Of a DNA stretch of 64,000 nt, positions 24,060 through 35,800 are shown one piece after another. The translations under genes and the position numbers were made by a program. The notes beneath the pieces are model-generated. The model saw only the letters and a program-made list of their open reading frames with translations, was not told where the DNA came from and searched no databases. Position 1 is the stretch's first letter. Each line of letters opens with the position of its first letter. Source of the DNA: Ruditapes philippinarum (taxonomy: Eukaryota); contig NW_026853644.1 of the NCBI RefSeq assembly GCF_026571515.1, positions 1 through 64,000 on the forward strand, read 5' to 3'.

Positions 24060-24559
24060 ATTGTTCCGATTTATTTTTCCATTATTCATCCGTGAAGAAA
24101 CAGAAACTTGGTTCTACCGGTCCCTTTATGATCTACATGCAGCTACTAGTACAAGTGTCGCATTGTGTGACCAGCAATTGTTTTACAATCATTACTCATT
24201 CAAGAGTATGAAGAAAAACTCGTCGGGCGATCATGTCTCCTGTTTAGTGAACAGCGTGAAAAAAACGGTGCGACATCAACGACGTTATGAAATGAGCCGG
24301 GTGGACGATAGTTTCGTATGTAGTTCCTTATATTTTGCAAGAATGTGCTGGACTTTTTTTCAATTCATGATTGTATTATTTTGTATACGATAAGTTGAAC
24401 TATATAACATTTACAAGCACAAGTCTACGTTATTTTGGATTATTCCTCGTATGTTCAAATCTAGCACATCAGTATTGAGAAAGATTAACAATTTTTCATT
24501 AGAAGATGCTTATTTTAATCTACTTAGGACCCTAGCTTAATAATTCACAATTAGGTTTC

Positions 24560-25115
24560 ATTTTCTTACTACGAGACAAACACATGCTGAGAATTATCAC
24601 AATCTAATCAAACACGTGCACAAGTTAGCTCAAATGTAAAGTTTGCCTAAAAATGTCATATTTTATTAAACAAACGGCTATAACTCAGGAAAGCATGTTG
24701 AGATCTTAATTATATTTAGAGAATATCATTTACTTATTATTATATACATCTGTAGTAGTGATTATCATTACACCGAGTTGCATTACAATGAAATAAATAA
24801 ATCGCTTGTAAAATATTGATCAAATGTCATAATCTGTAAAATTCAAACACCTTTTTTAATGTAACAAAGGGCCATAACTCATAAATGCCAATACAGATTT
24901 TGATGATTTTTAGTATTTGATGAGCATAGATTCCTTATAACATGCATAGTATACATTCTTGCTAAGTCAGATTACCATGTTACCATGTTAAATACACAAA
25001 AAATGACACAAAAATGACAATGTATCTTTAAGGACATCGATTTCTAGATACGGATCCGGACGGACTGGCGGACTGACAGCCTCATTTTTATACTACTTTC
25101 CATCTCCGACTGCTG
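24560..25115 (-). mobile_element. Degenerate HINE-like element
   Basis: Repeated GGC(T/C)ATAACTC cores (about 24676 and 24870) and a CGGACGGACTGGCGGACTGAC microsatellite; orientation is opposite to 8841-9786. Confidence 0.4.
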
Positions 25116-26493
25116 GTTACGTTTTTTTTTTTTTTTTTTTTTGTTGTTGTTGTTGTTTGTTTGTTTGTGTTGTTCTTTCTTCTTCGGTATTTGATAATAC
25201 TCTGTATTATAGGTTTCATCGCTGAAATTGAATCGTGAAATTCTTATAACTCATAGAACTGGGTGTAGCCATCAAGAAGTAAATTGGTAGGTTAAAAATA
25301 GCTTGTGTTTCTTGTTACAATCATTGAACCGGAACGCACTGGTGAAAGGTACAACAATGACGTCATTGTCTGTACCGCAGACAAATATATGCGCCGAAAG
25401 CAGCGGGCTCGATTTATGTTTTGACATATTTCAATTTTTTAATTTCATTATGACAGGAAGATAATGTATATTGTAATTGTTTGCACTGATATAACCATAA
25501 AAACCTGACGACAGTCTTAATCTGCTATTGCGATATCAATATTAGTGTAGTACTGAAGCAATCTTGCTTGTTTTTCTAGTCTTATGTCAATAAAAACAAT
25601 AACGATAATAAACATTTTTTTTTTTCAAATGTACTTTCGATTTCATGTATATTCGATAAAAGATGCAGATACGAACGGATATGTCCGATTATTCGCACAT
25701 ATCGATATTGAAATGAGCGAATAAGCCTACCCCCATAGGACTGGCATGGGAAGCTGCGATTGTTTATGAAAATAAGTGCAGAATTTTATGATAATAATAT
25801 TATCTCACCTTACCTAAGCTAGCAGAAAAGTTTTTGATCCTTACAAACAATGTACCCTAATTGTGTATGAAAGACGTTATTACAGAAAATAGAGATTGAC
25901 CGCCTTGTGTTCTTTAAGGTAGGTGGTTCTGGTAATTTTGTATTGAAAATAACACGTTTGTTTGTTTGTGAACGAAAAGCTACAAAAAAGCAATGTGATT
26001 GTTTTTTATGGAAGTTGTTATGGAAGTTATAAAATAATTATTGCCTCGTAAACCACTTGGAATTAGTTCATTAAGCGCTTTGATGCTTTTATATAGGCGT
26101 GTATGCAGGGAGGATAATACGAGCTTTAGAAGATAAGATACAATTAAAACATTCGTTTCTCGTGCATTTTTTCCATCAATTGATTACAACTGTATTAATT
26201 GGTACCCAAAGGATAGAAAATCGTGATTGTTTATTTATTTTGTAAACACATAATGCGCAAAAGGATGATTCCTGCGTAATAACGTTTCGCCTAAAACTAT
26301 CAATGAAACGTTGTAAGGAAGGGATATAGAACAAACAAAGTTATTAATTTTTTAGCCTCTGATTAAAAACACCACCAATGCACTGAACTCGTTTTTGAAC
26401 AAACCGCTCCAAAAACCGCGTAGACTGTTGGTTTCTTCATTAATTAACCAATTTCCTCATTCATCTTTAATTGATATATCTACTTGTCGTCCA

Positions 26494-26697
26494 TGACTCA
26501 ACAAGGATTCAACACGCACTCGTAAGCCTGCGTTTGAAAAAAGATAGTGATCAAATAAAATAAAAAGATATTGTCGCAAAGTTCAACCGGAAGTACTTGA
26601 AATGGTCACGTGACAATAACAAATGGTTCCCGGTTTCTTGATAGGAGGGGAGCTTATAGAGGATTAGCTTTCTGAGGCATAGAATGAAAGTATAAAA
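26494..26697 (+). promoter_or_regulatory. Putative astacin proximal promoter
   Basis: TGACTCA (AP-1) at 26494, CCGGAAGT (ETS) at 26587, GTCACGTGAC (USF/MiT E-box) at 26605, TATAAAA at 26691, 121 bp upstream of the ATG at 26812. Confidence 0.6.
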
Positions 26698-26811
26698 CAG
26701 ATGTCGGCTGCAAATTTAGCGGTAATAAAACTAAAAGCCTCATCTAAGTTCCAACAGGGTTTAATAGGAAAACATTAGCTAGAATTTGTATACATAACAA
26801 AAACACACAAC

Positions 26812-29800
26812 ATGGATATCTGGAAAATAATCTTAGCTTTTATTTTGAAGGTAAGAAATTTTCGAGAGCGCACGATTAATTTGAAAAAAATATTGCTGCA
26901 TTAAAAAGATTAAGATTATTTGATCATATATATTGAACTTTAATGAAGTAACTTGTACAAATGTATGCCTTTCGTTTTTGTTTATATCAGACAAGCTTTT
27001 TTTACCATTGCTTATTTATTTTGGAGAAGGATATGAATATTATAAAAATGTAATGAAAAAAAATCCATTTAATATATAGATATAAGGTTTGTAGTCCAGC
27101 TAAAATATTGGCCGATAATATTACTCATATTGTCTTACTTTTAACGAAACAAATTTAAATTATAATAAAGTTACAAAGGCAACAAATGGAACTTTATCAT
27201 ATATACATGTTGCACGTCTGCTCGAAATTTTATTAATAATATTGTTCATATTTTTGACACGATAACAACGAACATGTATATAGTAGTACGGAAACGGCTT
27301 GTAATATGAAAAGAAAGAAATATGGCACCTTTAAGTGGCCTAAGCGATTAAACTTAAGTATGTTTAAATTGGCGCCCCCTGTTTCTGATAATAACATGGT
27401 AATGGGCAAATAAAATGTATTATTACAAAATTAGATAAGGAAAGATTGCGTCATAATTAAACGTAAATTCCCTTTAACATATTTGATTCTATATTTTCAT
27501 ATTATATGTATTTTTTGCATTGTTGTTTACGAGTTTTACACGGAATTGGCGTTGTTGTCTGAATAATTTGTTCTGTGAAAGAGATTAAAAATGATTATTT
27601 TATGAGGGATATCCGAACAGAAAAAAAAATCTTGCCAAATTCTAGCTTAAAGCAACAGATTGTTCGATAAAATCCGTCATTTTTATATTTGATGTATATT
27701 TAAAAAGCGTCAAGATGCCAAGATTTTTTATCCTGGTCACATATACCCGTATTTGATTGACGTACGCGCCGACGCGCGACGCCCTTTATGGAATGAAATC
27801 AGATTTTGTGAAATGGCAATGACAACTTCTCGGGCCTTTTCGTCGGTAATAATAGCCGATCATTCCGATTGGTATGAGAGTGTTTGATTATCAAAAATGA
27901 AATGTCGCGATATACACAATGAATAGCGAACTGGAGAATTTCTCAATGCAAACATATTCAAAATGAAATTATCTTATTCGCCAATTAATCCCGCTCTTCG
28001 CTTTTTATATACCATAGTGTTTGTCATGGCCTGTAATTAATGGAATTGATATACATTTGACCCATCACCGAACTAAAGCCGAGATATTCCTGGTGGTCAA
28101 AGATTGCCGCAATTCAAATCCCGTAATATTCTAGATTATTCGTGTTGGCTAATTTCTCTTTCCCTTTTCGTATATCAAGTAATTTCTCATTTAATTTCAT
28201 TGCAATTGTTCTTATTCTTTTTTTATATATATAAATACGGAAAATGTTCTGATTAATGGATGTCTCCTCACATTTTACAATAGATTACTAAGAAATACAA
28301 TCCTCTATAATTCAATGATAACGATTCGGAAATGATCATAAGTGATTTAAAGCTGTCAGAAATATTCTAGGATGAAACATCAAAAGATACACGATCGCTG
28401 CAAGTAGTCAGCTTGACGCGTAATAAATGCTACTTAAATTTGCTATTGTAATATTACTTAGAAAAAGGATATAAGTAACATTGCATATTGATTTGTAAGA
28501 TTGTTTGATGTGGTTTTTTAGATTTTTTTTCACGGACAATGACAAAGAGGGAAATGTACACGATTTTTTTATGCACTAATGTATACTCATACTGGATGGG
28601 TTAGATGCGTCACATTGAATGGACGCTAATTGTTAATGCACACTTATTGCTCTTTATTGTTTTAAGTAGTGATTTACCGTTATACAACCATATAAGGTTA
28701 TTTCAATATCCATGAAGCATTATATGTAGTAAAAGTTTCTGGATATTCTAAGAAAATGAAAGTACATGTTTGTTCGTTGTTGCTACTGTCTTTTGGTGGT
28801 GGTGGTGGTGGTGTTGGAAGTTTACCCCCCGGTTCACGACAGTAAGAGCACAGTTCAACCACTGCATCGTTCCTGGGCAGGCAGTCAAACAGTTTACCAG
28901 TACTAGTTGCCTTCACTTTCGCATGCCATAGCAGTACATATACGGTGCGAATGACCGAAGAAATGATTTCATGATCAGTCTCAACGAAAGTGACATGTGC
29001 CGTCCGGGAATCGAACTCGGGTCGCCCGTTTCACAGTCCAATGCTCCCTGAGCAAAACGGACGGCTCGCACCTGTCTCTTCGATATAATCGATCTCTTCG
29101 ATATTATCGACGGACAGTGCCGATGTATACCGATATTTTACGAGCATATGGTGGATTAGTTCAAAAGAACACCTGTTTCTTAAGTATCGTCTTGTAATAA
29201 TTTGCTGTCTGTATTAAAAACACATTTTGTACTCGTTTTCCCTTTTAACCTTTTTCATCTTCTTTTAATCTTTACTTTAATTGTTTATCCAGAAATTGTG
29301 TCTCTGGAATTACCAGGCGTATTAATTTTAGTGCATCGTTCGAGAATAACTCAAGTGGGTTATTAGGTTGGAAAAGTAGATTATCGGACTTCTCTATTCT
29401 GTGATATTAATGACTTACTGGCATAATTTCAAATGACGTAAGCGTCAGAAAAAAAATGATAACAGACATTACGCAAGCTCTATTTACACATAGAATGCCT
29501 CGCAACAAATCTATATTTATAATTCTGAGATTTCTGTAATTATTGTTTGATGATTGGAAGATACAGGATGCAGACACGTCTGTACAGGTGAAGTATCAAA
29601 TGTGCTCCGATAACAAAATGATGTACACGGTTCCTTCTTAAATATTAATGTAATTGGATAAAAAAAATGCAATTCCTAAGAAACTACGATGGAACGAATG
29701 AAATTTTAATTTTTATAAGATACTTCCATGATGATCAAATAGAGAAAAACGGAATCCCTAAAGAACGCCCAAAAACAAAACAAAAACAAAAATTGAAAAT

Positions 29801-32800
29801 GTTGCAGGCTCGGTTTGATTGAGCCAGTTCATGGATGGTACTTGAAAATGCAAGTTACCGCCCAACGCCCGGTAACCACCCTGTAGCACCGGCTTAAGCA
29901 AAATTCAACATTTAAACATATGATTTATAAAGGTCATTTGAAGGTCACGGTCATATTTTGCACAAGTGATGTTGTGTTTAAGTATGAAGGATTTAAAGAT
30001 GTTATTGCTTATGTTAATCTGCGGAGATACAGACTAAACAAACAAACATAAACAAAAACAAACGAAAACTGCAAAATATTGGGAACATGAAATACAGGGG
30101 TACATTACAAGAACGGATATTTGACAACTTCATGTAACAACTCTCAGCATTATATGAGCCACGTCATGACAAAACCAGCATCCGCGCAGTCTGATCAGGA
30201 TCCATGCTGTTCGCTTAGAAACCCTTTTACAAGTAGAGAAACTGATAGCGAACAGCATGGATTCTAATCAGACTGCGCGGATGCGCAGGCTGGTCTGGGT
30301 CCATGCTGATTATGTTTTACTAACGCTATCAAAGCTTTCGACTCACATCTGCTGATAGAAACACACACGACGTATCGCAGTATATCTAGCAATCATAGCA
30401 AAGGTAAAGCAAAATCAGCCTACTCTGTTATGTTCTGTTTGAAAAGTACACTAAATAACAACAATAGCTTGTATTTTCAAAAGTGCAAAGCAAATCACAA
30501 CGCGTGGGAATATTCTTCACCCTTCATTAGTGACGTAATTACATTACAACAGTCTGCTATAGTAATTCCTTGTTCCTCAGCCACCTGGGAAATTTATCGG
30601 CACATTTGCTTGTTAAACAGTAGATTGCGGTTAACCATCTTTTAAACAAGCTCTATTTGTGTATGAAGTGAACCGTAGATTGGAGTAAACCTGCAATATA
30701 AGCCTTTTGTTTGAAATGTTTCTGCTAGAAATTGAGAACAATATATTTAGTGTTTTTTTCTAGCAAAATGTTGATAAAATGCAAAAAATACCAAGTGTCA
30801 TTGCTAATACAAACATTAAAATCTCGTTTAAAAACATTTCATCATTGTATTATAAACGCTTACTTTAAACGGAAAAGCAGCAAAAACAGAGCGTCTGATG
30901 ATTTTGTAAATGATTTCTTTTCTTCGTCTGCCAGCATGTCAATTTGGTTACGTTAGCACTATTGTTCTCCTATTGACGTCTGGCATTTTCTTCTGTTTCC
31001 GTAAGCTATTTACATATACTTCCGGTTTCAGGAAATATTAGTCTGCCCCGATGGCTGGATGGCTGGTATTTCTGTTTGTTTGTATGTGTTAACGCTATAG
31101 CACGCCATCTGTTGTTCCGTTTCAATTGCCAAAAAGTTCGTTTGCTTCCTTTTGCCAGAATGACGTCTGTCAAAACTTGGCGTTTCTTGCCCGTTCTTAA
31201 ACCATTATGGCATGTTGTTATATGTGATCTTGATTTGGAGGTTAAAGTCACCGGATAGTTTTTTTTTTTTTTTTTTTTTTTTTTTGATGCGTTTATTTAA
31301 GGTCGCCGCCGGAAAGCCCATATGGGCGACCGTACACTCAAGTCGGGTCATCTAGAGCGTCCCGCCGAGATTTTTCGTCGATTTTTTTCCAGCTTTATTG
31401 GTGGAGGAAGACCCCAGGTGCCCCTCCGGGCATTATTTCAGGCACGAGCGGGCACCTGGGTAGAACCACCGACCTTCCGTAAGCCAGCTGGATGGCTTCC
31501 TCACATGAAAGATTTCGACCCGAGTGAGGATCGAACCTACAGTGGTGAGGGACCTGTGATCTCAAGTCAACGACTTTAGCCACTCGGCCACGGAGGCCCC
31601 TAGATAGTTTTGATTGTTTGTAAAATATACCTAATTTGTAAGCATAATAGCCAATCATTTCCCTTCTTATATTGTAGCCAATCCTGTGTCCTCTTACATT
31701 TACAGATTGTCATATCATTGCGCTTGTCGGCTGCACAGGTGCTAATGGAAGAACTCAGGGCATATAAAATCGACGATCGGGACATGAACGGCACAGAACA
31801 ATACACAGAACTTTCAATAGATCAAGTTATAATGATGGCAAGCGGGGGATCTGGCAGTAAGTTGGTCCACTCAAAAATATCAAAATCTTGGTACCCACGT
31901 TCACTCCCGTGGCAATGCGTACAGTTTCAAAATCAAGTATTTAGACATATAAATATAGTAGGCATTTTCTGAAGTATATTTTTTGTATGAAAATGTGAAA
32001 TGCATGACGCTGCACATCTCTATATACGGAAAATAGCGCTAATGCCCGTTTGGCCATTCATTAACAGTCAGGCATAAGTCTTCGGGCTGATTAAATCCTT
32101 CTTCGTACTTCTGCAGCTGTTAATGCACGAAAAGCATTGACCATCATTCAAGGAATAAAACAAGTTAACAGAGTGTATTAGACTATAAAACATATTTTTT
32201 ATACAATAGACAAAAAACGAAGAGTAACTTTCTACGGAGGATAGTTTTTGCCATAATGGTATTCGTGTACATTGTATTTAATTGTGCGGGAGTCAGACAT
32301 ATGACTGGCAATTACCAGCAACCTCAGTTTTGCTTTTGATTGTTTTGTATGCTTATATAATGTATGTTAAGAAGAAATCTTATTTTATTAGTACAACTTT
32401 ATATTGTTATTATTTTAGTGGCACAGAATTTAGTTCTTGGGGATGATGGGACAGTTTTAGCCGAGTTGGATATGAGACTGACACAGCCACAATTTGTCCG
32501 TCTGTACGAGCAACCTTCGGCTATGGCGTATGTATCATATACTTGTATGAAAACAGTATAATTGTTAAATTTAAAAATGTCTACACTGTACACGCGAATT
32601 AATTTGGTGACGTGTAAGCAAGCCATCAGTACATATAACCATGCAATAGTTGTAAATTTATAACTGACAAACTAGCTTTTGGTACGCATTCTGTGATTGG
32701 TTAAATTCAAATACAGCATGTGATTATAAACCAATCCGACTCCTGATTATGCACTACTTTATGAACTCTTTTACGACAATCTTTAAAATTGATTACTGTT

Positions 32801-35800
32801 ATACATGTACGTACATTCTGTAACCATAATGAAGCACTATGGTGAATATGTTAATTTAATATTTTTGTAAATTAAAATATATTCTAGCTTTTAGTATCTA
32901 ATGTAATGCATTGTAAAATTTCTTGTTGCTTACCTAGGGTACGTACTGCTAAAATATTGTCGGTAAAAGATAAACGAAAATATTTGAAAACAAAGCAGTT
33001 TCTATTATATTTAATATGACTCACACAGCTTTTTATGCAAAGGTCTGCAACTGTTTTTACTTTCATAACAGGTTATTTCTTATAAGTGAAACATATGTTA
33101 CTTTTATGCATGTTTTCACGTACTGCAAAGGAACATCGTTTGTTTGATATTATATAATTTTGATTTGCAATAAGTTTACAACAAAAAGAACCCAGTATCC
33201 TACAGCAAATCAAAGCTGTTTTAGGAGTAACATTTAATGACTTGAACCACTCCATACCATCATTTAGGCTAATTCAGTATAACAGTGATCTTGTTGCTTA
33301 AAACACTGACAGAGAGATTATTACTACAGGTCAAGTGATTTACTTACTTTTATTCCGTATTAAAACAGAGAATTTGTACTTCTAGCATGTTTCATAGATA
33401 AAGAAGATACATATCAATGGAAATGTCAGTGAGCGACACTGAATTATGGAAAGCCATGGCTGTCTGATATTGTTCTTTTTCAATTTATGTAACCATTTGG
33501 ATAATATATGAGTTCACTTCGACTATATATGAATTGAAAACACCTTCTTATTTAACCGGAATCCATTATATTAATCCACAGTGACAATATAAATTATGAA
33601 ACCATACTGTCAGTGTATGAAACCGAGTTAGCAATATATAAGTTGATTTACTCAATATATGATTCCAATTCTTCAATGTATGGAACGAGATGTCCTTATA
33701 TGAAACCGAATTATCAATATATTAATTCATTTTTACAATATATGAAACCAATTTATCAATGTATGGAACCAAAGTAGCAATATATGACTTGATTATCACT
33801 TTATATGATACCAGTTCTTCAATATATTGTACCAAAGAAGCCATATATAGAACCAGATGCCGTTATATGAAACCGAATTATCAATATATCATGCCACTTT
33901 TGCAATATATGAAACCATTTTATTAATGTATGGAACCAAAGTATCAATATATAAGTTGATGTTACATTCTATGATAGCAATTTTCATTATATGGAACCAA
34001 AATAGCCTATTTTCGTGTCAACAAGTCAAAGGCCGAGGTCACTGGGTTCTGTTATTACAATGCATACTTTTTCATGAAATCAATTATTATTTGACTGATT
34101 ATTTTTAAACTTTGTGAGTAGATTAACCTTGTTGTGTCCTACTTGCCATGTCAATTTTTGATCAAAGGTAAAAGGTCGAGATGAACTTATTTTTTTAATA
34201 TGTTTTTGTTAATGGTCAGTACGGCTCAATAGCTTAAATTATGACATACAACTCGTACATATATAACGATAAGTTTTGCCTGCCCAGCCCATTTGAAGTG
34301 AATGTGACGTTAAATTCAAATATTTCCTTATTTAGAAAATGTGCAGTATGCAATCAGTGAAGCACGCTAGTCTTTTGACAGTTCAACAAGGAATATTGGC
34401 GCGAAACTGTAATACCGGTGCAAAGATAGAATACAGTCTTTAAAAAAAGTCCCGTCAATATAATGACATTTTGGTTCAATATATTGATACTTTGGTTCCA
34501 TATATTGAAGAACTTGTATCATATAATGTGAAAATCAACTTATATATTGCTAATTCAGTTACACACATTGATAAACTGGCTTCATATATTGTAAAATTGA
34601 TTTACAACTTATATATTATCCAAATGGTTAAATAAATTGAAAAAGAACAATATCAGACAGCCATGGCTTTCCATATTACGACAATCCATTAATTTGTGGA
34701 TACCTTCCAGTCTAGTATGATTGTCTTTGTACCAAAATATTTAATGATTAATTACTGGTGTATACATGTACTTACTAATGTTTGTAAAGACTATTTTACT
34801 TCATTTTGTTTAATTTAGAGTTTTAGTACAAATCGTTATAAGAATGTTTATACTCCAGTTATCGCAAAAAATGCATTTCATTTTGTTTATGTGCAGGAAT
34901 TCTTTGTCCATTCCAAGAGGAAAGCGTCGAGCTATTAAAAAATTGATAAAAGAGAATAAGAAAAAAGCTAAAAGAACAAAAAGGAAAGCCATACGGGATA
35001 CAGTGCTCAGATGGACTGATGGAATTGTTCCGTACAGATTTGTTCCCGGACATTTTCGTAAGGTTTTTATCATATCCAAATTGATAATCAAGAATCTCCT
35101 ACACCTAAACTTCATTCAAAGAAATTATACAGCTCTGCCTTTGATTCCTACCGTTGTCAGGTCACTACACATGCGCTCCTGAATATTCAATTTTCCATAC
35201 ATTAAAAATCCGCCTATATGCCAAGAGTGAAATATATTTTTGAATATCTTCCTCCCAACTAGCACTATTATTATTTAAATTTACACATTATGAAATCGCC
35301 ATGGCGAGCCGGCAACATAATACGGAATTTTCTATCCGTCTCATGATTTGCGTGTATTTTAGATTAAAGGTATATAATAAACCACGCTATAATTTAGAGC
35401 AATCTACTTAATATGAACATTTGCTATAGCAATGTTTAAGGATACATTACACTCATATTTGACTTACATACTTTTATTGTAGAAAAAATATAGAAATCTA
35501 GAAAATTCTAGCTGAAAATGTATGATTTGAACAGGAGAATGAACAAAGTATGTTTGGGGATTACTGGTCAAGTTTCTTTGGCATTGCCTTAATGACACCA
35601 TGTATTCATACTGCGCTTTTGTATAATGTGTATGACTACTCCATGTGTACACAAAAGGTGTTTATTTCAAATTTAAAAAAGGGACTGAAAAGCAATTATC
35701 AGAACTTTCAATTATCAAATTCGAGCATGATATATCTTAAAGAATCCATAAAATTAATATATTATCACTTTATTTGATTTCAGAGGATAAAGAACGATAC

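Noticed and set aside
23852-24211. ORFs spanning N runs (also 56822-57126)
   Set aside because: Artefacts of assembly gaps.
31520-31602. tRNA gene
   Set aside because: The A and B boxes belong to a SINE head followed by a V-domain and poly(A).
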